Notes under the pieces: generated by a model | What the model was told of the DNA's origin: nothing | Seen by the model: the letters and a program-made list of their open reading frames with translations, nothing else | Databases searched by the model: none | In this document: piece after piece, positions 1 to 19,198 of the stretch | How the letters are laid out: each line of letters opens with the position of its first letter | How positions within the stretch are numbered: position 1 is the stretch's first letter | Position numbers and translations under genes: made by a program | NCBI RefSeq assembly: GCF_009914755.1 | Contig: NC_060931.1 | Length of the DNA: 64,000 nucleotides | Reading direction: 5' to 3' (one strand) | Source of the DNA: the human T2T-CHM13v2.0 reference genome, Homo sapiens

Positions 1-1044
1 TTAAAATAGCATGAATGTCTTAAAAGAACACAGTTTGAAATGTGATTTAATATAAACATTAGCATTCAAAATAAGTCACACCATGGAAATATGCCCATGA
101 TATGTCACATGAATAAAGGAAGTTGCAGAACATATATATAATGTGAGCCCCCATTTTTGAACAAATAAATCTCTACGTGTGTCTATATCCAGGTATGGTA
201 TATGGTTATACATCTATGTCTATACAGCTATATAAAAGATGAAACATTCATTTATTTATTTATTTTTATGTTTTTGAGACAGTGCGTGGCTCTGTCGCCG
301 TCCAGGCTGGAGTGCAGTGGTGCAATCTCAACTCACTGCAATCTCCACCTTCCGGGTTCAAGCGCTGGGATTATAGACATGAGCCACCACATCTGGCCTA
401 CAGCTATCTTTATAATGGAAAAAGTGGGGGAAATTTATATTACAAAGCAATATGATTATAGTATAAGAACTGCAGCAATATTTGACCGAATCTTCCCCTT
501 CCTCCTCCTAGAAATTATGCAAAGTGATAGGGAGACATAGTGGGGGGGAATGAGGCAGAAATCCCATATTCAGCAAAACTAGAAGACAAAAAGTCACTGG
601 AGACTCCAAGACCTGCACAAGGGCTACCAAAGTTACACGCGAAGAGGCAGATGCAGATCCTAGGAAACACAACTAAAACAGACTCTCTGAAGATGAGCCG
701 TTCATGCCACAGTCCAAAAATGTGTTGTTTGAAACAAGCACAGCAGAACAGGGATAAAAAGAACTGAGGGCAAGGCTCAAACAAGCAGAAAGGGAGTTGA
801 AACCCTTGTAATCCAAGGGGTGAAGGGCATCTCTCCTGGCCTGAGCATCTTATGGGCAGAGTTAAGGTCCTAACACCCAGCTCACTCTCCTAGGGAGGGC
901 ATGGGAAAAGAATCAGCCTTCCAAGTAAATTCAATGTAGGGTGTGTCACTAACATTCTATTTTGGCCAGCACGGTAGCTCATGCCTATAATCCAACCACT
1001 TTGGGAGGCTAAGGCAAGAGGATTGCTTGAGCCTAGGAATTTGA

Positions 1045-1287
<243 letters not shown>

Positions 1288-1369
1288 TGAACTCCTGACT
1301 TCATCATCTGCCCATCTTGGCCTCCCAAAGTGCTGGTATTACAGGCGTGAGCCACTGTGCCTGGCCCTA

Positions 1370-1812
<443 letters not shown>

Positions 1813-2087
1813 TTAGAACAGTGCAAAGAAAAAATAACAAAAATAAAACAAAACAAAAAATAGTACACAGCAAAGGAGGCAGAACTACACAAAAACTACC
1901 AAGAGCCACATTGAATGACACAGTCTGACTGTGGCAGCTGAAAACCTTCGTTTGCATTGAGAAGCTTGTAAAACTACCCTGGTCCCTCTTGTCTTTCCTT
2001 CAGAGAAGACCCTTGCAAATGATCGGTCCAGGAAAATACAACTCATTCTATAATGAATTAAAGAAAGAAAAAAGGAAGGGACACCTT

Positions 2088-2615
<528 letters not shown>

Positions 2616-3078
2616 CACTGGGCACAGTGGCTCACACCTGTAATCCCAGCACTTTGGGAGGCCAAGGTGGGCGGATCACTTGAGGCCAGAAGTTGGAGAC
2701 CAGCTGGGGCAACATGGCAAAACCCTGTCTCTAGTAAAAATAGAAAAATTAGCCGGGTGTGGTGTCCCACACCTGTAATCCCAGCTACTAGGGAGGCTGA
2801 GGCAGGAGAATTGCTTGAACTCAGGAGGCTGAGGTTGCAGTGAGCCAAGATTCAAAAAGATCTGTTTGGAAAAAAAAAATGAATTCTTTCCATGGAAGAC
2901 AAACAAAAATACAAATACAGGAATTCATGGAAAAGATGACAAAATAAGACAAGGAGAAGAGACAAAACTGACAAAATCCAGGAAAGAAGCAGAAGGAAGC
3001 CGGGCACAGTGACTCAAACCTGTAATTTCAGCACTCTGGAAGGCCAAAGCAGAAGGATTGCTTGAGGCCAGGAGTTCA

Positions 3079-3366
<288 letters not shown>

Positions 3367-3401
3367 TCAGGAGGCTGAGGCAAGAGGATCACTTGAGCTC
3401 A

Positions 3402-3992
<591 letters not shown>

Positions 3993-4152
3993 TCAGAACA
4001 AATAAGTATTTAACTGGGTGTAGTGACTTGAACCTGTAGTCCCAGCTACTGGGTAGGCTGAGGTAGGAGAATCACGTGAGGCCAGGAGTTCAAGGCTAGC
4101 TTCAGCAACAGAGTAAGACCCCCATCTCTAAAAATAAATAAATAAATATTTA

Positions 4153-4344
<192 letters not shown>

Positions 4345-5453
4345 CTAAGGTGGGAGGACGGCTTGGGCCCCAGGGGTGGAAGCTGCAGTGAGCTGTAGTC
4401 ATGCCACTGCACTTCAGTCTGTGCAACAGAGCAAGACCTTGTCTCAAAAAAACAAATGAATAAAGTATGAGCCAGTGATTTTTTGTTTTAAAACAAGCCA
4501 AGCCATTATTCACACAGAAAGGCTACAAACGATAGTTTTGAACATATAGGAATTCTGGGTATATTTTGCCCATGGGAATATTTTTCTTTTTTTTTTTTTT
4601 TTTTTTTGAGATTGAGTTTCACTCCTGTTGCCCAGGCTGGAGTGCAGTGGTGCCATCTCAGCTCACCACAAACTTCTGCCTCTCAGGTTCAAGCGATTCT
4701 CCTGCCTCAGCCTCCTGAGTAGCTGGGATTACAGGCATGTGCCACCACACCCAGCTAATTTTGTACTTTTAGTAGAGATGGGGTTTCTCCATGTTGGTCA
4801 GGCTGGTCTCCAACTCGCAACCTCAGGTGATTCGCCTGCCTCAGCCTCCCAAAGTGCTGGGATTAACAGGTGTGAGCCACCGCGCCCAGCCTCCCATGGG
4901 AATATTTTTCTTGAGGAAACTGTTAACGAATAAACTTTACCCACCAATGTATGGCAAAGGGAACTTCAGCAAAGGGACAAGCAGGAGCATTGAGTGTATA
5001 TAACTGCAAAACTAAGACTTAAACAAACCCAGGTTTGGGGGAGAAAAAACAGAACGTAAATGTTATCTACTCGACAATATAGAAATGATGCAATAGAAAA
5101 TTTAGGAGGACAAAGATTATGGAAGAAGTGAAGTAGGGTGAGTTTTTGCTGGCTGTTTCATCTATAACAACTGAGAGTTAAAAGATATTACTTAAATCAC
5201 ATTTAATTAACAGTGAAAGAATATTAAGAAAAACAACATTGTTGGCTAAAATCAGATAATAGGTCAGTCACGGTGGCTCACATCTGTAATCCCAGCACTT
5301 TGAGAGGCTGAGGCAGGAGGATCACTTGAGGCTAGCTACTTGGGAGGCTGAGGTGAGAGGATCACTTGAGCCCAGGATTTCAAGGCTGCAGTGAGCTAAT
5401 GATTGTGCACTGCACTTTATTTAGCCTAGGTGACACAGTGAGACTCCATGTCA

Positions 5454-5633
<180 letters not shown>

Positions 5634-6178
5634 CTACTCAGGAGGCTGAGGCAGGAGAATCGCTTGAATCCAAAAGTTGAGGTTGTGGTGAGCTGAGATA
5701 GCTTCATTGCACTCCAGCCTGGGCAACAAGAGTGAAACTCTGTCTCAAAAAAAAAAAAAAAGAATTCTTGAATCCATAATGATACAAATTCATTCATTCA
5801 CTCATTCATAGAGGAGAAGGGAAAGTTCTCCTTTACAGTAGAATTCCAACCAATAAATGTATAATGAATGATGAAAACAGAAAATTGGCCAGGTGCAGTG
5901 CCTCACTCCTGTAATCCTAGCAGTTTGGTAGGCTAAAGTGGGAGAATCGCTTCAGGCCAGGAGTTCAAGACCAGCCTGAGCAACATAGCAAGACCTTGTC
6001 TCAAAAAAAAAAAAATCAGCCAGGCACGATGGTGGATCACTTGAGCCCAGGAGGTCAAGGTTGCAGTAAGCAGTGGTTGCGCCACTGCACTCCAGCCTGG
6101 GCAACCAGAGTGAGACCCTATCTCAAAAACATATATAAAATAAAATAAAAAATTAATGGAAAATTACCACTTGCAAAC

Positions 6179-8090
<1,912 letters not shown>

Positions 8091-8244
8091 ACAAAGATCG
8101 CAATAAAAATTGTTTCAGGCAAAAATTATTGATGGGCTGGGTACAGTGGCTCAAGCCTGTAACCCCAGCAATTTGGGAGGCTGAGGCAGGAGGACTGCTT
8201 GAGCCCAGGAGTTTGAAACTCACCCAGGCAACAAAGCATGACAT

Positions 8245-8247
<3 letters not shown>

Positions 8248-8280
<33 letters not shown>
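8248..8280. repeat. (CA)n microsatellite in an Alu middle A-rich region
   Basis: Direct reading. Confidence 0.95.
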
Positions 8281-8284
<4 letters not shown>

Positions 8285-8705
8285 TAAATTAGCCAGGCAT
8301 AGTGATGCAAGCCTGTAGTCTCAGCTACTCAGGAGGCTGAGATAGGAGGCTGAGCCCAGGAGGTTGAGGCTGCAGTAAGCTGTGTGATTGCACTACTGCA
8401 CTCCAGCCTGGGCAACAGAGTGAGACGCTGCCTCAAAAAAAAAAAAAAAAAATCATCGATGGATGCTTAAATTAGTAGGCACTGTTATGATGAAAAACAG
8501 AACAGTCACATATTTTCCCACAAGATGCTTATTAAATACAAAGAAAAAATAACAACTTTATAGTAGAGCAATCTAGCAAACATTAACCAAGTGAACAAAG
8601 TTAACATCACCAGGAATGGGAAAAACTGCTGACATCATGTGACTCTTCCTACGATGCCTTGAAATGACACATAATTTCTCTGGCGTTCTTGCCAAATATG
8701 AATAA

Positions 8706-8834
<129 letters not shown>

Positions 8835-8944
8835 TGAGTAGCTGGGATTACAGGCACGTGCCATCAGGCCCAGCTAATTTTTTCTATTTTTAGTAGAGAT
8901 GGGGTTTCACCATGTTTGCCAGGATGGTCTCGATCTCTTGATCA

Positions 8945-9334
<390 letters not shown>

Positions 9335-9351
9335 TTAAAAAATCATAAGGA

Positions 9352-9684
<333 letters not shown>

Positions 9685-10155
9685 CTAAAGTAAGGGACAT
9701 TCTGTAAAATAACTGGCCAGTACTAAAAGCAATGCCAAGATCATTAAAGACTGAAAAACTGCAGAACTGTTTCAGACTGAAGGACATGACAACTAAATGC
9801 GAAGCGTAATTCTGGATAAATAGACTCCTGGGCCAGAGATAGATCATGATATAATTAGCAAAATTTGAAAGCCATCTATAGATTGGATCATGCGTCAATG
9901 TTAATTTCTTATTCTGGGGTTAAATATGATGTTTACATTTGGGGGATCTGTGTGTAGAGTATGGCAATTCTTCTTACTGTTTTTTACAAATTCTTTTTAT
10001 TTTTAATTTTGAGACAGGGTCTCACTCTGTCGCCCAGGCTAGGAGTGCAGTGCTGCGATTTTGGCTCACTGCAACCTCTGCCTACCGGGTTCAAGCAATT
10101 CTGCCTCAGCCACCTAAGTAGCTGGGATTACAGGTGTGCGCCACCACACCAGGCT

Positions 10156-10369
10156 TTTTTTTTTTTTTTTTTTGCTTTAAGTTCAGAGATACATGTGCAG
10201 AATATGCAGTTTTGTTACATAGGTATACACATGCCATGGTGATTTGCTGCACCCATCAACCCATCCTCTAGGTTTTAAACCCCGCTTGCATTAGGTATTT
10301 GTCCTAATGCTCTCCCTCCCCTTGATCCCCACCCCCTGACAGGCCCCAGTGTGTGATGTTCCCCTCCCA
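10156..10369 (-). mobile_element. L1PA 3' end fragment
   Basis: poly-T followed by ctttaagttcagagatacatgtgcag...ccccagtgtgtgatgttcccctccc, the reverse complement of the primate L1 3' UTR. Confidence 0.9.
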
Positions 10370-10467
10370 GTATAGACCCATAGGGAATGTTTCAAAAGTG
10401 AGAACTTCTTATACATGTTATTTAAAATGTTTTTCCCCCTATCAATAACTCCTATTTATGTATTTAA

Positions 10468-11002
<535 letters not shown>

Positions 11003-12749
11003 TGAACTCCTGACCTCAAATCAAATCATCTGCCTGCCTCAGCCTCGCAAAGTGCTGGGATTACAGATGTGAGCCACTGGGCCCGGCCTTTTTTTTTTTT
11101 TTTTTGAGACACAGTCTAGCTCTGTCACCCAGGCTAGAGTGCAGTGGCATGATCTTGGCTCACTGCAACCTCTCCTTCCCAAGTTCATGCAATTCTCATG
11201 CCTCAGCCTCCGAGTAGCTTGGATCACAGATGCACACCACCATGCCAGGCTAATTTTTGTATTTTTACAGAGACAGTGTTTCACCTTGTTGGTCTTGCTA
11301 ATGTTTGTATTTTTACAGAGACAGGGTTTCACCATGTTGGCCAGGATGATCTTGACCTCCTGACCTCAAGTGATCCGCCGGCCTTGGCCTCCCCAAGTGC
11401 TGGGATTACAAGTGTGGGCCACCACGACTGGTCTCCTCATAACATTTTTAACAGCAGTTATAATAAATCTGCATGCACACCATGTAATGCCTATGGAACT
11501 AATAACTAGTCTTCTATTGTGCAGTGCTTCTAGTCACATATATAGATGTTTTTGTGATTCTCAAATACACAAATCCTCCTAAAAGCATCATATACCGATA
11601 TTCACTGCAGCCTGAATAGCAGATTGGGAACAACTTAAACATCAGTCAGTAGGTGACTGGTTAGTTGTATCATTCTTTTTGAGACAGGCTGCAGTGCAGT
11701 GGCAATATCATAGCTGACATAGCTGACTGCAACCTCCGCCTCCTAGATTCTGGCGATCCTCCCACCTCAGCCTCTCGAGTAGCTGGGACCATGGGCATGC
11801 ACCACCACGCCCGGCTAATTTTTGTACTTTCTGTATAGATGGGGTCTCACTACATTGCCCAGGCTGGTCTTGAACTCCTAGGCACAAGTGATCCACCTGC
11901 CTCGGCCTCCCAAAGTGTCGGGATTACAGTCGTGAGCCACCGTGCCCCGGCTCCTAGTTGTGTAATTCTTACGAAGAACATCACGCAGCTGTTAATGAGG
12001 ACTTCCCATTAGTCTTGATATGGCACACTCTCCAAGACATTTAAAGTATAACACACCCTACAGTGTGTATTAGGAATTGCCATTTGTGTGGGGAAATGAT
12101 TATATTTACATATAAGTTTATAAATTCAGAAAGCATTCCGAAAATTCATCGAGTATCCGGGGTAACTGTGCTTGTCTCTAGTGTTGAACTAGTGGCGGGA
12201 GGAAGATTTAATTTCCACCACATGCCCTTTGGTGCCTTTTGAATTCAGAACAATTTCCGTTATCTATTAAAAATAAAATACTGGCCGGGCACGGTGGCTC
12301 ATGCCTGTAATCCCAGCACTTTGGGAGGCCGAGACGGGAGGATCACTTGAGCTCAGCAGTATCACTTGAGCTCAGGAATTTGAGACCACCCTGGGCAACA
12401 TGGTGAGGCCGTGTGTCTATAAAAAGAAAAAATGAAGTAAAATATCACGTGTAACTGAATCCCTGGAATTTGGCGGGCACCGGATACTGTAAACAATTGT
12501 GGAGCTCTTTGGAAATTTACCTTAAAAGGGAGTCCTCTCAAAGGCTGGACACCATCACTCTACAAGGGTGAGTTTTCAAATCTACCATAGAAGCCCAGGG
12601 CCTCAGCAGCATCCTGAGTCCTAATGACGGACAGGTTATGACTCAACTCCCATCGCACCAGTCCTGCAGCTTTCTAAAGGCATCCAGCACTTTCTACCTT
12701 GCATTCTATCTTCATCTTCGCTAGTCCTTACAGCACCGCATGATTCCGG

Positions 12750-13720
12750 CGGAGGGTGCTTATCAGACTAGCCTGTGTGTCCCCACGGCACCTACAGCAC
12801 CGTCAAGCACAGGGTCCAGAAAGCTCCAATGAAAGTCGTGAAAGCAGCAAGGGAAGGAGACTGAGGAGCAAACCGCGCGAGTAGGGGCAGGAGGAGGCCC
12901 ACCCTACGCCCTGTCCGGCGCGGGGCATAAGCCCTGCCTGCATCCTGAGATCCCGGGTCCGCAAACTTGGGCCCCACTGAGCAGCAACGCCAGAACCCAG
13001 AAGCACTTACTGCCAGGAACAGGGTACTCCAGTGCGCCATAGCGTCGCGGCCGCTGGGCGAGGGGTGGGACTGCAGGCACCGTGCAGCCGCGGACCAATG
13101 AGCGGGGGCCGGACAGCCCGTGGCCCAATAGCGGCGGCGCGGGCACGCTAGGGGCGGGCTGGGCGCGCCGACTTTTCCGGAAGATCCGGATAGTGCATCC
13201 CGGCCACGGCGCGCCTGCTCTGGGCTCTCCGCGTGCCGCATCGCTTTCTTTTCTTCCTCTGGAGCAGCTATGGCGGCGGCGAAGACCCTGAACCCCAAGG
13301 CCAAGGTGGCCGGAGCGCAGGCGGCGCTGGCGTTCAACATTAGCGGGGCGCGGGGTCTGCAGGACGTGCTGAGGACCAACCTGGGGCCCAAAGGGACCAT
13401 AAAGATGTAAGGTGGGGCTGGCGGGAGGGCTGGGTGGGCACCGCGCGCTGCTGCGCACCTGGCGGGCCCAAGACCGCAGATGGGAGCCCGCTGCCTCGGG
13501 GCTCCGCAGCCACCCTTCCTCGCGTCCTCCCGGGCCGGTCCTGTTCCCTGCTAAGCCCCACCGTTGCGTCCATTTCTTCCTGCGTCGATGCCGTCTCCAT
13601 GGAGAAAAAAGCGGCTCTAGTGTGCGGCGTTCCCCGCCTTCTTGGGCTTCCAGACACCCTGAGGACTCTGCACAATCTCTGCGGGGACGGGGTGGGCACT
13701 ACACTTGTCCTCCAGCCTGC
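12750..13720. promoter_or_regulatory. CpG-island promoter of the CCT6 copy (PSPH/CCT6A-type bidirectional promoter)
   Basis: CpG-rich. CCAAT at 13095-13099 and 13125-13129, GC box at 13151-13158, TTCCGGAA (ETS/HSE-like) at 13175-13182 upstream of the CCT6 ATG. A minus-strand GTAAGT donor lies at 13010-13005. Confidence 0.8.
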
Positions 13721-13811
13721 GGGAGATAACTAGCTCCATATTCTCGGCTCCCTAAGATCGGGGAGAAGCCCGTTTTCTAATGGGACTTTTTAATTTAGTT
13801 TTCGTTGATAA

Positions 13812-14202
<391 letters not shown>

Positions 14203-16825
14203 GGAAAAGCCCATTTTCTAATGGGACTTTTTAATTTAGTTTTCGTTTTAATTTCGTTTTTGTCACAATTTGATTGATTTCTGTCCCTTAAACAGTCTTG
14301 TTTCTGGCGCTGGAGACATCAAGCTTACTAAAGACACAGGAGTTGACGATCAGCCCTGGCCAACATGGTGAAACTCAGTCTCTACTAAAAATACAAAAAT
14401 TAGCCGGGCACGGTCCTGCACAGTGCGCTGCTTCACGAAATGGTGAGAGGTGCTCTGCTAGGTCAGAAATGTCTTGATTTTCCGTAGAACTTTTGCTTTG
14501 TAGAAAGATTTGCAATGTCCATTCTCAAGGTAGGAGAACATTCAGAAGTGACATGTAACAGTGACAGTAATAGTACTGACTGTGCCTGGAGTCTGACAGC
14601 CCTGTCTTTGAATCCCTGCTTTTTTGCCATTCACAGTCTGGGCTAAAGGACTGTAATTGTACATTAATTATAATAAAATTTGAAAAATTAAGGGTGGTTG
14701 ACACAATCACATGGGCAAAATGCATGAGGATGGTTTTTCTCTTTATGGGTTTTTTTTTTTTTTTTTTAAGACAGAATCTCACTCTGTCGCCCAGCCTGGA
14801 GTCCAGTGGTTCACTGCAACCTCCGCCTCCTGGGTTCAAGTGATTCTCCTGTCTCAGCCTCCCAAGTAGCTGGGATTACAGGCTTGCTCCACCATGCCCA
14901 GCTAATTTTTGTATTTTTTGTAGAGATGGTATTTCACCATGTTGGCCAGGCCGGTCTTGAACTCATGACTTCAGGTGATCCGCCTGAGTCAGCCTCCCAA
15001 AGTGCTGGGATTACCAGGCGTGAGCCACAGCATCTGGCCGGTTTTTCTCTTTTTAAAACAGCAATTTCTCTGTTATGTCTCATCTCCATCTCCAACTGGA
15101 GGGGAGAGAAATCTCTTTGCTTTAACATTTTTAAAGTCTTAGGGATGGAGAATATGAGATTATTGAAGGGAGTATGCGTTTTACTCATCCCTAAATTCCC
15201 AAAACTTAACAGTTCAAATCCAAGAAAGGGAAATGATTTCCTGCTGATTTGAGTTCAGAATAATCAGGGTTTTGCTAGTAGTATACCATGCTATCAACAT
15301 CCAGATGAAATATCTTTAATAAAGACTTGCTAATCTAGGAGGTGTTTTTGTTTTTACTGGGTTCAGTGGTGGCTCGTGTTAGCAGAAAAGTGGAGCCACG
15401 GTTAAACTTGACGTCAGAATTGTTTTGGGGCCGGGTGCAGTGGCTCATTCTTGTAATCTCAGCACTTTGGAAGGCCGAGGTAGGTGGATCACTTGAGGCC
15501 AGGAGTTCACGATCAGCCCTGGCCAACATGGTGAAACTCCGTCTCTACTGAAAATACAAAAATTAGCCAGGCATGGTTCTGTACGCCTGTAGTCCCAGCT
15601 ACTCCAGAGGCTGAGGCAGGAGAATCGATTGCTTGAACCTGGGAGGCTGAGGTTTCAGTGAGCCAAGATTGTGCCACTGCACTCTCCAGCCTAGGTGACA
15701 GAGTGAGACTGTCACCAAAAAAAAAAAAAAATTTATTTGGGTTTTAGTGTGTGAGAAATACAGCATAAGTAGAGAGAAGCACGTAGAACATTTACAATTT
15801 AGGAAATAATTATAAAGTGGACACACACAACCACTATTGTAGTTAAGAAATAAATTGTTGCTACCACCTCAGAAGTCCCCTCCCACTGGAACTTCTCTCC
15901 AATCTCCAGAAGTCTGTTTTTCAGTTTTCTTTGAAAAAATTACAAACCTACGAAAATAATGATTATATTGTGTGTGCCCTTTACCTAGATTCACCAATTG
16001 TTTACATGTTGCTCCATTTCTTTTCTATTTTTCCTCTGAATCATTTGAAGGTAAGCTGCAGACATGTCATTTTACCTTTAAAATACAATTTTTTTCCGCT
16101 TTTTTTTTTTTTTAAGAGATAGGATTTTGCCATGTAGCCCAGGCTGGTTTCGAATTCCTGAGTTCAAGGGATCCATCTGCTGTGGCCTCCCAAAGTGCTG
16201 GGATTACAGGCATGAGCTAACGCACCTGACCTTTCCTTTTAAATTACTTGGCCATTGCAGAGTAACAGTGGAGGCTGCTGAGCTTTCATTTTAGGAGATA
16301 CCTGGCTTATTCTCGTAGAGCCCTACACTTGCCTAAAGAGGCAAGGATGTAAAATTATCCGTTACTGTTAACTGTTAGCTGTCATCTTGCGTAAACTTTC
16401 ACTGAGCCTCAAGCTTCCTCATCTGTAAAGTAGAGATAACCTGGGAAATAAATTACACATGAAAATGTTTCCATCATTATAATTGCATGCGCATGATAGC
16501 AAATTGTGACTTTTTAATCTTAGTAATTTGTAGCCAAACACTTGGGTAGCTTTTTCAAGTAGATAGTACTTAAAGAGGCCCTTCATGCATTTTATTTGTG
16601 GTATTTTTAGACTGTTTCATATTGTTTTAAGTGATTCATTCTTTTTCTACTTTCAGCAAATTCAACACCCAACAGCTTCCTTAATAGCAAAGGTAGCAAC
16701 AGCCCAGGATGATATAACTGGTGATGGTACGACTTCCAATGTCCTAATCATTGGAGAGCTGCTGAAACAGGCAGATCTCTACATTTCTGAAGTATGCACA
16801 ACTTTTTTTTGTTTTGTTTTTTTGA

Positions 16826-16930
<105 letters not shown>

Positions 16931-17655
16931 TAGCTAGGATTACAGGCATGCGCCACCACGCCCGGCTAATTTTGTATTTGTCGCAGAGACGGGGTTTCTC
17001 CACGTTGGTCAGGCTGGTCTCCAACTCCTGACCTCAGGTGATCCACCCATCTTGGCCTCCCAAAGTGCTAGGATTAAAGGCGTGTGCCACCGCGCCCGGC
17101 ACACAACTCTTGTTTCTGTAATATATTATTGTATATAGGACGTGTCAGATACTTATTTATACAAATTGATGTGTTAATACTAGCGGAGGCCATACAGTAG
17201 GATTAGGGGGCTTAAATCTGGGTCTTTGTCTTGGTCTAAAACAAATTTGTTGTGAGCTTGGACAGGTTATGGAACCTTTTTTGGCCTGAAAATAATTTTG
17301 TAATCAAGTTGAATTGCCTATGTGATTTGTATCTGTCTTTAGATTAATAATTGAGATTTTAAAATGGGATGTTTAGGACTAGGCATATTTATTTGTTAGG
17401 AAAGAGACAACCAAAAGCTTACATTTAGATAAATTCCACTTTTTTAGCCCTGACTAGTTCCAAGGTTTAAAACAAACCTCAGTGACTACGAATCTATTGT
17501 CAGAATTTTCGGGTAAAAGAGAGCAGATAGTCTTTATTTATTTTTATTAGTAAATGATGGAATTAGTTTGAGATTACCTATAGAAAAGATAGAATAATGC
17601 TACCATCTGTGAGTTGTTGGGACACAGTGTCGGTTTTGACATGATTCGGAGTGGT

Positions 17656-17789
17656 TTGCACAGTGAACACCCAAGTGTGCTTTATAGTTCCCTTGGCTTT
17701 GACCCTGTGCTAGAGCATTGCCTGCTCTTCTCCTCTGCATTAAAAGGAATATTTATCCTTTTAAATGTATTCAGAAAGCCAGCACATTA
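17656..17789 (+). ncRNA. SNORA22: H/ACA box snoRNA SNORA22 (ACA22) in CCT6 intron 3
   Basis: 134-nt TTGCACAGTGAACACCCAAG...GCCAGCACATTA. H box AGAGCA at 17712-17717; ACA at 17784-17786, three nt from the end; first hairpin closed by GCACAG/CTGTGC. Confidence 0.93.
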
Positions 17790-18797
17790 TATTACCTCGT
17801 GTTCAAAGATAGGATGATCAGAGTATCCCTCCAAGAATTATCTGAACTTTATCATGAACTATAGTTGCACCTAATTGAAGATGCAAGTGTTATTGTGTGT
17901 TTATTGTAGGGCCTTCATCCCAGAATAATCACTGAAGGATTTGAAGCTGTGAAGGAAAAGCCCTTCATTTTTTGGAAGAAGTCAAAGTAAGCAGAGAGAT
18001 GGACAAGGAAACACTTAAAGATGTGGCCAGGGCATCTCTTTGTACTAAAGTTCATGCTGAACTTGCAGATGTCTTAACAGAGGTATGTATTAAATTTTGT
18101 CTGTGTCTGGTATGGTACACCTATGTAGAAAATCTCTGATAGTAGAAACATGAATATAATTACCAATTTCAATCACAAGGTGCTATGTAGGTTCATTTTT
18201 GTGGCAGTGATACCTAATCTGTGTCTCTAAAAAGTAAAATGAGGAAATTCAAATAATAGTATACCTAACCGGGTTTTAAAAGTAAAATTGGAGCTTTCAT
18301 TAAAAGGTTTATAAAGTGGAGATTTTGTTATTAGAAAGCTTCCAGTTATCAGTATTTTTAATGAAACACCAGGAGGAATGTTAATGTTAAGGAATGTTAA
18401 TGTTTGAGAATTACAGATTGAGATTTCAGAAATGTAACAGCTGTTCATATATAATGTATTCTATCTGCTTATAGAAAAATACAAATCAGTGTAGAGATTG
18501 TAAAATGAAGAAACTGTCTACTTTAGCCTTCTGAAAAGCAACATGTTTCTGCTGCTGCAAATTGAATTTACTTAATGGTTATCCTTCTCCTATTGCAGGC
18601 TGTAGTGGGCTCCATTTTGGCCATTAAAAGAAAAGATGAACCTATTGATCTCTTCATGATTTTGTGATCATTGACAAGAAACATAAATCTGAAACTGATA
18701 CAAGGTAGGTGGTAGAAGACTATGAAATACTAATGGTCGGGCCTGGTGGCTCAGGCATGTAATCCCAGCACTTTGGGAAGCTGAGGTGGGTAGATCA

Positions 18798-19097
<300 letters not shown>

Positions 19098-19133
19098 TTA
19101 ATATATTTGGATATAAAATATTGTATATTTACC

Positions 19134-19198
19134 TGAAGATATCAGTTGGATAAATTGCTAGGTAAAGATATAAGTTGGATAAATTGCTAGGTGAAGAT
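19134..19198. repeat. 29-bp tandem duplication
   Basis: t(g/a)aagatat(c/a)agttggataaattgctagg present 2.2 times. Confidence 0.9.

Noticed and set aside
12792-13733. Long GC-rich ORFs (202 aa, 184 aa, etc.) over the first CpG island
   Set aside because: Stop-codon scarcity in GC-rich DNA; antisense or out of frame to CCT6 exon 1; no recognisable protein.
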